DNA of 63,849 bases, counting the filler, from Reclinomonas americana ATCC 50394 (taxonomy: Eukaryota), in assembly GCA_048213135.1 (NCBI GenBank). It is 3 parts of 2 records of this genome, joined end to end, with 100 filler letters (N's around TTAATTAATTAA, not from the genome) between each part and the next. Parts side by side here need not be neighbours in the genome. Positions count along the whole stretch, not along the records: positions 1 to 27,757 come from PS015024.1; 2 more parts are not named here. One strand, 5' to 3'. The notes beneath the pieces are model-generated. The model worked only from the letters and a program-made list of their open reading frames with translations. It was not told the origin of the DNA and made no database searches. Position 1 is the stretch's first letter; each line of letters begins with the position of its first letter. The position numbers and the translations under genes are program-made. Shown piece by piece: positions 13,170 through 24,709 of the stretch.

Positions 13170-15135
13170 TCATGACGCTGGCGGTGGAGTTGGTGACGTG
13201 GGTGGTATTGGCGGCATCTCTTCGTCTGCCATTGTCATTTCTGCTGCTGTTGCCGCCGCCGCTGCCGCTGTCTTTTCCCCTGCCGGTGGTGGTGATGGCT
13301 CTTGTCGTGGCTGCTTGCGTTGTTTGCCAATCTCCAGCACACTGTGCTGATCCACCCACGGCACCCAGTCGAACTGGTGGTAGCACACTGTCGGCGCGGC
13401 GACACCCTCGCCCGGCACAATCTGTGCGTACACGAATCGCTTCCGAGCGTTGTTGGCGACACGCGTGGCCGACAGCACCATCGGCAACTCCACGGTATCG
13501 CCTTCGCACAGTCGCACAATGTAGGCCGCGTGGAACTCACTCGGTGGACCTACATTAAGGAATGAGACACCGTCTTGCGGATTGCATACGTGAGAATGGA
13601 GTGTGCCACACCATAGTACACCAAGAAATCGCCTCCAAACATGTCGCCTGCGGTGACATACAAGCCGCGTTCCCACAGATCACGATACACCACGAGCCGC
13701 CGCCTCTCCAACTCACTCAGTTCTGTGGACCGATCAAGGTGGTGAGTGTGAATAGACGCTGGGGAAACAGAAATGGACGCACCAAGTTCGCCAAGACGCA
13801 GTGGTGGTGGTTCAGACACGTCCTTTTCGTGCCACTGGACAGCGTCGATCAAGCTGATGAAACCTGTGGCGAGAGAGAGAAAGCAGGAAACAAGTGAGAT
13901 AACTCTGTCATCGTCATGAGTTGATTGAGTTGTCTCTCGTTTCCCAGATCGCCAATGAGCAGAGCTGTTCCTAATCAGCAGCGATGCTGTCTCTAATCTC
14001 TTCTCACGAGGAAGCTGTCTCTCGTTTCTACAATCGTCATCTCGCATTCTTTCAACACAAGCTGCTGTTCCTAATCAGCTGCGATGCTGTCTCTCCTCTC
14101 TTCTCACGAGGAAGGTGTCTCTCGTTTCTATGATCGTCATCTCGCATTCTTTCAACACAAGCTCCTGATCCTAATCAGCTGCGATGCTGTCTCTCATCTA
14201 TGGAAGCCTCTGTTCTCACGAGGAAGCTGTTGGGGGTTCAAAGATCGTCAACGCGCATTCTTCCAATCCAGGCTGCTGTTCCTAGTCAGCTGCGATGCTG
14301 TCTCTCATCTATGGAAGCCTCTCTTCTCACGAGCGAGCTGTTGGGTATTGTCTCTCGTTTCAAAGATCGTCATCGCTCTTTCTTGCAACCCAGGCTGCTG
14401 TTCCTGATCATCTGCGACACGATGAAAGGATGCTCCGAAAGGGCGAGTTGTCTCGTTTCAAAGATCGCCAACGTGTCTCGTATCAACAAGGACAGCTGCT
14501 CCTTGGCAACCATGAATAGACAGAGATCGACTGCCTTCTGACAACAGCTGCATGAAACGAACCAGTGTCACGCTCCAGCGCTCATTCTCTCCCCTCCCCT
14601 TCTCTCTCTCTCCCCCTCCCCTCCCTTCCATTTCGCCTCACCCTTCTCCACACACAACGCCGCCTCCACCACCATCAGATACAGTGGCGGACTCTCCGCC
14701 ACCGGCACCGCTCCCATGCGACCCCACACCCGCCTCTCCGCCGATCGCAGCACCGCGATATCTGCGCAAAGAGAGAGAGAGAAGAGAGAGAGAGAGAGTG
14801 AGGAGGGGAGAGAGTGAGGAGTGAGAGAGTGAGAGTGAGTGAGTGAGAGAGAGTGATGGAATGAGTGATGGAGTGAGCAGAGAGAGGGAGAGAGTGATGG
14901 AGAGAGTGATGGAGTGAGTGATGGAGTGAGTGATGGTGTGTGAGAGAGTGAGAGTGCGTGAGAGAGTGAGAGTGAGTGAGTGAGAGAGAAGAGTCTCTCA
15001 TCCCTCTCACTAGTCTCTCTCCTTGCCGTCACTTGTCTCCCTCTCCCTCTCCCCCTCCCTCCCTCCCTCCCACACACACACACCCTTCTCCTTGAAGATA
15101 AACACCGAGTTGTCTGCCTGCCGAAAAGCGTGCAT
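13170..15135 (-). CDS. TSEN34: tRNA-splicing endonuclease catalytic subunit Sen34
   Basis: MHAFRQADNSVFIFKEK/DIAVLR...PLYLMVVEAALCVEKG/...VYRDLWERGLYVTAGDMFGGDFLVYY/GPPSEFHAAYIV...RVANNARK; Tyr-His-Lys triad present. Confidence 0.85.
13961..14500. repeat. Intronic tandem array of ~5 diverging 100-122 bp units
   Basis: Units start at ~13961, 14061, 14161, 14272 and 14394, sharing GCTGTTCCTAATCAGCTGCGATGCTGTCTCTC...TCTCACGAGGAAG...ATCGTCA. Confidence 0.88.
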
Positions 15136-15237
15136 TCTCGTCTTCTCTCGCCCAACCCTCCAAATTCACAGTTTGATTGGTCGGATCACACAACGTTCTT
15201 GTCTTTGTGTGTGTGTGTGTGTGAGAGAGCGCGCGCG

Positions 15238-18200
15238 ATGGATCGGTTGGCGGTGCAAGGCCGTCGTCTTGCTGATCGGTGAGTGCACTGTGTCTATGTC
15301 TGTCTGCGCGCCTCCTCTCTCTCTGTGTGCGCGTTTGTGTTTGTGTGTTTGAAGATGGCTGTTGTCTGCGGGGTGAGATGTCACACACACTTGCTCTCAC
15401 TTGCACACACACACACACACGCACACACACTTGTCTGTGCATGCGCGTGTCGCTCTCTCTTGTGTTGTCTTGCGCGTGCGCGTGTGTGTGTGTGGTTTGT
15501 GGTTGCGTGCCGTCCGTTGACTTAGGCGCGCTCTCTTGTGGTGTGTGTGTGTCTCTCTCTCTCTCACTCTTCCTCACAGAGGAAGCAATGGAGCGGCCGC
15601 GGGTCTGACTGTCGATGCAATGGGAATTGTGCCGGCGGCGGTTCCACTTGGCGCACGATCCGCCGAAGACGTGGATCTGGTGTGATCACACACACACACA
15701 CATACACCTCTCTCTCTCTCTCCCCCTCACCCTCTCACTGACTCTCTCTCTCTCTCATTCATCGTTAGCCTGACTTGGAGCTCGCTGCGGAGGATGAAGC
15801 AGCGGGCCCTGTGGAGCCTTTTCTGTTGCCTCCGGAGCTCGTCAGTCACATGCTGTCGTTCCTCTCGCAAGACGAGTGTCTGGCGTCGCCAGTGCGAGTG
15901 TGTCGCGAGTGGCAGGCGATTGTGTTGGAGCCGCACTTTTATTCTCGAACCAATTTGCCCTTCAAGCTGCTGTCGGTGACGGCGTTGGAGAAGATTGTGC
16001 AGCATGCGACCGTGCCCATGTCGCGACAGTGTCTCCTCCGATCGTTTGTGGTCTTTGGCAAGGTGCGGCACACACGCACGTTAGGGAGGGAGAGCGGGCG
16101 TAGGCGAGCGGCTCAATTGTGCTTGTTGTTGTTGTTNNNNNNNNNNNNNNNNNNNNNNNNNNNNNNNNNNNNNNNNNNNNNNNNNNNNNNNNNNNNNNNN
16201 NNNNNNNNNNNNNNNNNNNNNNNNNNNNNNNNNNNNNNNNNNNNNNNNNNNNNNNNNNNNNNNNNNNNNNNNNNNNNNNNNNNNNNNNNNNNNNNNNNNN
16301 NNNNNNNNNNNNNNNNNNNNNNNNNNNNNNNNNNNNNNNNNNNNNNNNNNNNNNNNNNNNNNNNNNNNNNNNNNNNNNNNNNNNNNNNNNNNNNNNNNNN
16401 NNNNNNNNNNNNNNNNNNNNNNNNNNNNNNNACAGACCTCTGCTGGTCGTCGCCGACGACGATGCGATTCGGGTCGCCTTGAGCGTCGTGAGAGCAGTGC
16501 GGAGGACGGTCGTGCGGCGCCATTGGCCTCGCCATTCTGCGACGGCGCACCCGTGCCCGACGCCGCACCATTGCCAGCAGCCGCCCCCTCCGATCCCGCA
16601 GCACCAGCTCCACGCGGCGCAGAGGCAGCAGCAGTAGCGCGCTCGACCTGCGGCGGCGCCGTGATTCGCTTGCGATCCGCGGTCAGGAAGCGCGACACAA
16701 GCGGATACAACGAGGAGATCTTGGAGTCGGAAATGTTGAGTTTCCGCAACGCCGTGCACATCTCCAGCGGCGCCAAATCCGCCACCGCCGTGTGGCCCAC
16801 CGACAGCTCACGCAGGTTGCGCGCCAACCGCAGCGGTTCCAGCGAGATGAGCTTTTCCGCGTTGGGATTACCCTAATGATATTCGCGGAACAACNNNNNN
16901 NNNNNNNNNNNNNNNNNNNNNNNNNNNNNNNNNNNNNNNNNNNNNNNNNNNNNNNNNNNNNNNNNNNNNNNNNNNNNNNNNNNNNNNNNNNNNNNNNNNN
17001 NNNNNNNNNNNNNNNNNNNNNNNNNNNNNNNNNNNNNNNNNNNNNNNNNNNNNNNNNNNNNNNNNNNNNNNNNNNNNNNNNNNNNNNNNNNNNNNNNNNN
17101 NNNNNNNNNNNNNNNNNNNNNNNNNNNNNNNNNNNNNNNNNNNNNNNNNNNNNNNNNNNNNNNNNNNNNNNNNNNNNNNNNNNNNNNNNNNNNNNNNNNN
17201 NNNNNNNNNNNNNNNNNNNNNNNNNNNNNNNNNNNNNNNNNNNNNNNNNNNNNNNNNNNNNNNNNNNNNNNNNNNNNNNNNNNNNNNNNNNNNNNNNNNN
17301 NNNNNNNNNNNNNCTTTTTCTTATTCCCGCCCTTTTTCGCCGTCTCCCTCACTGTTTTCCCCCGTTTTTCCACACACACGCAGGCTGGTGAAGCGGGCTA
17401 CAGGGAGTTTGCGGATGAGCCGGGGCACAACGGGTCGGGCTCGCGTGTGGATCCTGTGCAAGAGTGGAGCACGTCCTCGTCGGAGGAGGACATGTCGCAG
17501 GATGAGGATTTGGATGAGGATGCCGACGAGTTGATGGTGGAGGATGATTCTGCGTCGGAGCCGGGTCGCTGGCAATCACTGCTGGAGGAACTGCGAGTGT
17601 GCATGTGTGTCAAGCTGCACGACATCACACCGCTGCTGTACTGTGAGAACTTGCACTTTGTGGATCTCGCACACACCTCCATCAACAATGTGGCGGCACT
17701 GGCCGCCTGCACACGACTGCAGAAAATCTACGTGCGCAACACCGCCGTCACCGATGTGGGACCGCTGCGCAATTGCCCGCTGCTGCGCACTGTCGACATT
17801 GCGGGCACGGCCGTGATGGACATTAGTCCGCTCGCCTCGTGCCCCGACATTGTCAAGTTTGACCTGTCGTCCACGCGCGTGTCGAGCCTGGAGCCGCTCA
17901 CGTGCATGCCCAGAGTGCGCAAGCTGATGCTGAGCAACACTCCCATCACGGTGTGTTTGGCCACATGTCTATCTGGCTGACTCCTTTCTTTTTCTATTGG
18001 CGCTCACGTTTCACGCACAGGATTTGAGGCCGCTGCGCTCGTGCCAGAATCTGGCCAAGATCGACGTCAGTCGTACCCGCATCGAGTCACTCGAACCGCT
18101 GCACGGTCTCACCCAGCTGCGCTTTGTGGTGTGCTCCTACACGGTGATTCGCGATGTGCAGCCACTGGTGGGCGCACCCGAGTTGTCGTACGTCGATGTG

Positions 18201-19160
18201 GGATCGACACAGGTGAGCGAGGCATAATTGTCCTCTTCATGATCTTGCCAGCAAAACCCTTACCCTGATCGCAGGTCACGGATGTCAACGAGTTGGTGGC
18301 CTCGTGTCCGCGACTGCGCATGATTGATGTGTCGTCGTCTGGCGTGACCAGTGTCGACGTTTCACGAGCCCGACAGAATGTGCGCGTACGAGGAGTGCTG
18401 CGCCGCGAGTGGGGTCGCGAGACGTCGAGCTACGATGCCACGTTGACGCCGACGGCGCGCGCCGAGTACCAGCGTTTGCGCGAAATCGGCTGCAGCGAGG
18501 AGGCCATTACGAGACGAGTGTGGGAACGACCACAGCACGTCGAAGTCGGCGACTGGCTCGCCGCCAACGTGGCGTTCTTCTTTGAGCGCTGCATCTTGCT
18601 GTTTCAGTCGGTGTCGGCTCACTGCCGTGACGACACGTGCCTGCAGATGATGGGCAGTGTGCAGTTTCGTCGATTTTGTGTTTCTATCTCTCTTGCCATC
18701 TGTGTTTGTAACGCATGTGTCTGTCTTTCTCTCCCTCTCTCCAGCCACGAGTACTTGTGGAGCGACGGCAAGAATGTGAAGCGTCCAGTGCGCATGTCGG
18801 CGCCGGCCTACATCAACTCGCTCTTCACGTGGATCAACAATCAGCTGTGCGATCAGCGCGTGTTTGGCAACTACGAGAAGAAGCGTTTCTACGATGCGGT
18901 CAAGTACATTTTCCGCCGCATGCTGCGCGTGCTGGCGCACATTAACTTTGTGCACATGCAACATCTCGACTTGATACAGTTGCGTGGCGTGTGCTTTTCT
19001 CCCTCTCGTCGGTGCAGGGTCTGATCCTGTGAGCAGGAAGCGACGAGAGTTCCTCTACACGCTGCAGCACTTTGTGCAGCTGTGTGAGCGCTACAAGTTG
19101 ATTTCGGATCGCGCCGACTACGACCCGGTACTGGTGCTCGTGCAGCAGTGGCTCTCGTAG
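15238..19160 (+). CDS. F-box + leucine-rich repeat + C-terminal MOB1/phocein domain protein
   Basis: F-box LPPELVSHMLSFL...VCREW; about 10 LRRs (e.g. LHFVDLAHTSINNVAAL); MOB motifs DWLAANVAFFF, HEYLWSDG, MSAPAYI, IFRRMLRVLAHINFVH; TAG 19158-19160. Start codon tentative. Confidence 0.85.
16438..16872 (-). CDS. LRR exon of the F-box/LRR/MOB gene on a mis-oriented contig
   Basis: GNPNAEKLISLEPLRLARNLRELSVGHTAVADLAPLEMCTALRKLNIS...; flanked by TAG acceptor and GTCTGT donor on the minus strand; contig end overlaps the upstream (GTT)n. Confidence 0.85.
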
Positions 19161-19573
19161 TGGGGTGGGGAAAGAGGCGGGCGTGTGAAGGAGAACGTGT
19201 GGTCAGATGTGTGTGTCCGTGCCGGCAGCAGCCGGCCGTGATCCAGCGACTCTGTTCCTTTTTGTCTTCCACGCCACGGGAGGGGACAAGCCGCGCGCGC
19301 GCGTTCGTGCGCGTGCTGTCTCCAAATCTACTCAAACGTGTTATTATTTCCTTTGTCTCTCGTTTGTCTGTCTGTGTGTTGTGTGTGTGTTTGCATTGTA
19401 TCTGTGTAATGGTTGGCGAATGTGTTTTTGCGCTGAGTAAAGACAGCGCGACGATGTGCAGAAAAATGGTACAAGCATTTCTGTTTCACTTGTGGATGAG
19501 AGATGCGGGGTAGGAGGGGAAGGGGGAGGGCGGTGTGTGGAGGGGGAGGGAGATGGTGGTGGGTCAGTCAGTC

Positions 19574-20459
19574 TCACACTTCCGCGATGAAGTTGCGTAT
19601 CCGCTCCAGCAGCTCCTGCTTCACTTCCTCAGGCACCGACGCTGTGGGGGGGAGAATGGGGGAATGTGAGAAGGGGGTAAAGTGGGAAGGGGGGAAAAGG
19701 GGAAAGGCTGAGGTGCTGTTCGTGGAGGAGTTTATCAAACAATATAGCGAGCGTGCAACATTGACTAATCTTCGGGTCTTCTCTCGTGCCCTCTGCGTGC
19801 GGCGTTTCTCTTCATGGCTGACAAGCAAGAGCACTCGGCCGTCCTCTTGTTGACGAGGAACAGGCTGCGACATCGACTTCTCTCGTTCAAATCACCTCTC
19901 TCGCGCTCTCCATCTCTCTCTCTCTNNNNNNNNNNNNNNNNNNNNGGCTCATCTCAATCTCCTCTCAAGCACACGCCCCTGTCACTCCAGCGCGCTCTCC
20001 CTCCTCCCAACTCCCTTCTCTCTCTCTCTCTCTCTTACAGAGTCGGCACGCAACATCGTCCAAACGGCGTGATCTCCGACACCAAATCATCCACCGTCGT
20101 CGCCTCCAATCCCTTCGACTTGATCACCTCTGCACACACGCACACACACATCAACACACTCACTCACACTCTCTCACACACACACAAAAATCAAAAACAA
20201 AACGCAACGTTTGCAATGCTGCTTCAAACTGTCTCTCCATCCACTCTCCCGCAAGCGAACCTCCAGCAGCTCCTTCAACCTACACACACACACGCGCACG
20301 TGAGATCAAAGTGACTTTCAACTCACACTTGCTCTCACTTTTCTCTCCACTCTCTCTCACATTCACTCACCGATCAAGCTCGCCAGTCTCCGCAAGCTTC
20401 TCATAGATCGTTTGCCGCACTTGCTGCTCTCGTTGTTTGCGCTCTCCCAGTGTGTCCAT
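19574..20459 (-). CDS. ENY2: Transcription and mRNA export factor ENY2/Sus1 (4 exons)
   Basis: [100 protein letters not shown]. Confidence 0.92.
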
Positions 20460-20482
20460 TGCAAAAAAATGTCAAACTGAAT

Positions 20483-21153
20483 CTACCAATGGACTGAATT
20501 CAGCTGCTTTGTTATGTATAATGTAGCGAGTCCCTTCATGCCTCGCATACCATCGTGGTCCAGTGCTTCCGAGTTCCTTGTGTACACCTTGGTCACTTTC
20601 ACTTTCTTTGCATCATCTGGGAATGATACAAATCACAAACTCAACAACAATGACACAATTGCAAGTCGTCGACGGCATATGCGAAGAACGCAAGCCAGTT
20701 GCCTCCACGTTGGACTCCGAAAAGAGCGACATAGGAGAGGCAAAGAAGGCGACGAAAACCGAGACTGCTGAAGTGAGCTGGAGCAAGGGAGTTGCTGTCT
20801 GCCGCTCATGATCAGCGACCGCGAAAGCACTTGCACGCTGCGCCGCGCAGTCAAACTGTTCCTTGACCGCGACAAGGGTTGCCAAACCGGCTGTTGGTTC
20901 CCTCAGCGCTCACTCGCCGGCTGCGTCAACTGCGACGGCCTGTTCGCTCCCACAATGAGTTTTGCGAACTCCAGAGTCATCAACTTTCCAGTGCCCACAG
21001 GGTAATCCTCCGCTAGGCGCGGCAATGGAACACAATGTCACCTCTCACACAGGGGGTAGCAACAGTTGCGTTGCAGGACGACACACCTCGCGCTCTGAGG
21101 TCTGTCGGCAACCTGACGCGTTTTCCCTGGTAATCGCGATCGGTTCCACTCAT
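20483..21153 (-). CDS. Possible small hypothetical spliced gene
   Basis: Non-repetitive ~1 kb between ENY2 and the FYVE gene with splice-compatible open segments (MSGTDRDYQGKRVRLPTDLRAR/AEDYPVGTGKLMTLEF...); no family recognised. Confidence 0.3.
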
Positions 21154-21580
21154 TTCTTGGCGACTGGCCAGCTATTCTTTGCGAGAGCAATGAGCGATCC
21201 ATGTGGTGGTAACGTGAGGAGGAGTGCACAAAGACGAAAGAGTCATTGCATGAGATCTGCGTAAACAACGCAATGCTCAACGCAGACAGAGGCAGCACAC
21301 ATGCACACATGCGACTCTTTGCCCAACACACCCCAACGCAGCCACACACAACGAGCACTGCCCCCACGACACACAAGAGAAAACAACACACACATTGAAA
21401 CTTCCACTTATAGCGATGCGAATGCTCACACAACGCAACACACCCCAGTCACATGCACACGCCACGCACAACGCTCACCGACGAAGTTGCCACTGCGATT
21501 GAAGTGTGGTCAAAGTCAAGGGCCGTCAAGTCATCCATCGATCGCGATCGCCGATCCACAACCCCTCACTTCAACTCCAA

Positions 21581-22576
21581 ATGGCTGAGACGGCGGCGGC
21601 AGCGGCTGCGGCTGCGGCTGCGGCAGTCGACTCGCTGCTCCCGCCACTGGACGCGCCACAGTGGGTGCCCGACAGCGCCGTCATCCACTGCCATGCCTGT
21701 CACCGCGAGTTCACCTTTTTCCGACGCAAGGTCTGCACACACTCTCTCGCACGCACACACACAGCAGATAGAGACAAGCGCGCACACGATGCACTGAGAA
21801 GAAAGGCAGAGCGGGTGGAGTTTGTGATGGTCATCTCTCATCACTCACTCACACGCGCAGCACCACTGTCGCCGCTGTGGCATGATCTTCTGCGGCGACT
21901 GCACGCCACATCGTCTGGTGATCCCGCGTCTTGTCGGCACCGGGTGCGATGTGGCACCGGTGCGCACGTGTGACACATGTCGACGTCGATGTGAGGAGGA
22001 GGAGGTGCTCGAGTCGCAGCATCTGCTCTTCTTGGCCGAGGGCGGCAAGTTGGAGTTGGAGGTGTCGCATGGCTATGTGCCGGCCATGAGAAAGGTGGGG
22101 TTCATGGATGGGCGTGAGTTTGCAGAGAGAGCTGACTGACTTAGCAATGATAGGTGTATGCGCGTGTCGACTCGTACATGTGCTTGATGTGGACGTCGAA
22201 CCATGGGAGTGGAGGCAGTCGCGAGTCGCGAGTGCCACTCAACGAAGTCCGCAGTGTGATTGCGGAGGAGAGTGGTTGCGTTGATTCCGGATCTTCAATG
22301 CATTATTTGCCTCTGTGTATTCAAATACTTTCGTGCATAGATCGCGAGTTTGTGGTCAACACAATGGGTGGTGAGCGGTTCCACTTCCGTGCCAATTCGG
22401 TCGATGATGCAGCGCGGTGGGTGTCGGCGTTGCAGTCGGTCTCCAAGTATCTGCGCACGGAGAAGCAGCAAAAGGAGCAGCAGTTGCTGAAGCAGCAGCA
22501 GCAGCAGCACTCGGTAGATGATCGGGCCACACATGGTGTGGATGGGGAGGCGACGAGCGATGGTGGGCTCAGATAG
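21581..22576 (+). CDS. FYVE zinc finger + PH-like domain protein
   Basis: WVPD...CHAC...FTFFRRK/HHCRRCGMIFCGDC...VRTCDTC; C-terminal RFHFRANSVDDAARWVSALQ PH helix. Confidence 0.9.
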
Positions 22577-22978
22577 ACGGCAGGCGGTGTTTCTGTACAG
22601 AGAGAGAACGGGAGAGTGTTTTGTTGCGATTGAAGAGGTATTGGTTTATGTTCTTCGACTGTGTGCTTGGAGATGACGGTGGCGGTGATCGTCAGTGTCG
22701 ATGAGCGATGATTGGCACAGATAGATTATGACTGAGGTATCTGTACGGAGAGTGCTTTGTTGCGATGTATGTTCTCCCGCGGTGCGTTGAGAGACGATAG
22801 TCGGCGCTGATCGTGAGTGGCGACGAGCGATAGTGGGCATTGATAGATGACGGATGCATTTCTGTACTGTGTCTGCAGCTGAAACGGCAGGATTGCTGTT
22901 CTCTCCTTCCTTGCGTTGGTCAAATAGAAGGCGGTTGTATTGCGATTGATTTCACGATCTCTCATTTGTGTGTCGTGC

Positions 22979-24003
22979 TCACTTGTCGCGCTTGGAGACA
23001 AAGCCGGCAGTCGGCGGCGCAATGTGAATCAGCAGGAACTGCGCCGCCAAGTACGTCAGCATGACCCACGTGTGCTGGAAGGGAATGGTGGCGGCACCAA
23101 AGTTGCCAATGGTCAGCAGCAGATCGGAGACCACAAAGCTGAGGCCACCGAAACGCGACAGCGAGCCGACCATGGGCGAGGCCGAGGAGCCGGCATCGAG
23201 TGCACGCCAGGCGGTCGTGGTGAGGAACGTCACATAGACAACGCACGGAATGCGGATATCCTCCGGCACGTACTCCCACAGCCAGAAGCGGAAAATGCTG
23301 TGCGTAATCGCCTCCAGCACGAGCAACGTCACCCAATTGCGCGGGTAGCCGCGGCCGCCAGGTCCACCGAAAGTGAAGGCGTAGAGGTAGCCGAAATGCG
23401 CAATGAGGAACGACACCATGCCCAGCATGAAATACAGCATGTCGCCGGCGAAGAGCAGGAAGGCATCGCCGGCCAGCGAGAACACCGTGGCCAGCAGGCG
23501 GCTCCAGCGGAACCATGCCGGCGCCGGCTCTTGCAGGACCTGCACAGAGAGAGAGAGACAGGTGAGGGAGACAACGAGACTCGAGTAGTGTGGTCTTGTC
23601 TTGCGCGCAACGTAGATCGAGAGAATCTGTGACGTTCAATCAGCCAAAAAAACAGCGCACAAGAGGACGTAAGGCACGTGTGACGTACCACAAGCGGCCA
23701 CAGTTTCTGCATGAGAGACAAGAGACAAGAGAGAGTGCAGGTGTGTGAGACAAGACAACAATCGGACACGGGTCATTTCTCTCACCGTGAGGAAACCCGG
23801 TCCGTGGTTGATCTCATTGAGCAGATGCAGCGCCGAGGCGGCAATGTACGACGAGCGCACCAGTGTCTGTGTGCGCGTGTGAGTGTGAGTGACAGACAAT
23901 GTCCCGAAAAACGTACACGCGCACATGCAGAACGCTCTGCGGCACTCACACACAGACTCTCTCTCACCAGTGAGGCCGACGCCTGTTTCTTCTCGGAATG
24001 CAT
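22979..24003 (-). CDS. YhhN/TMEM86 lysoplasmalogenase-family membrane protein
   Basis: FSLAGDAFLL, GMVSFLIAHFGY, FVVSDLLL, VMLTYLAAQ motifs; includes an 18-nt (KLWPLV) and a 15-nt (ILSIY) micro-exon. Confidence 0.88.
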
Positions 24004-24209
24004 GATTGATCGGGTTACAGTTATCATAATCCGAAATTACATAACAAATCGGTAACCTCTTTCTAACGCGGCGCTGTGGTCTGCTTCCATCGTCCTCCTT
24101 CTCGTCCACACGCCTCTGCACGTTGCTGACCTCACCAGCGCAGTGCGCTTTCTCAGTGGTGGCGCTGCGATTCCACCGTCCACTCCATTGGTCTGCCAGT
24201 ATTGCGCGG

Positions 24210-24228
24210 AAAGGTAGGTGGGTCAACT
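24210..24228 (+). repeat. Left terminal inverted repeat
   Basis: AAAGGTAGGTGGGTCAACT, the exact reverse complement of 27584-27602. Confidence 0.95.
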
Positions 24229-24709
24229 GATGTAAGCCGACAGCGCAAAATCCCGTCGATCGGCAATCCAAACTGGACTTCTCAGACACATGGTGGTCGC
24301 GGCGGCGGAGGTGGTGCGGGCCCAGTGAAGGTGCACGCGTGGACTGTATTGGCTCATTCTGTAGCCAATGAAACGAGCTACAAGGTGACGCTTGCGGATC
24401 TGCTCGGCGACCTTCCGCCGAGGAGAGCGGTGCGTCCAAAGTCAAAAGTGCTGATTTTTCGCCAGAAATCGACCTTGTTGTCGCCGTGCCGACACCTTCC
24501 TCCGAGGCGCTGAGGTCACACCGAGGGTCATCTGAAAGGCCTCTCGCTGGGCTACTGTGTAAATTCAGAAAAAACAACGCCACTATTTCCTGTCGTCCAG
24601 GAGGACTGAAACACATGCCGAGATCCTCATTTCGCGCGCGCGCGAAACGCGTTGCCTCGGAAATAACAACTCTGTCTTTTTTGTGTCGCGAGAGGGGGCC
24701 AACAGGGTC

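Noticed and set aside
12168-14500. Tandem arrays as CRISPR-like loci
   Set aside because: No unique spacers, no cas genes, and an intronic eukaryotic context.
20054-23611. Idea that junctions at GTTGCG sites slide by 1 nt or the -1 base becomes G (would give more conserved E/A in ENY2 and R in MOB)
   Set aside because: The same shift creates TAG stops in TMEM86 (23611) and the EF-hand gene (7234) and destroys a conserved Glu at 45031, so plain GT-AG splicing fits better.
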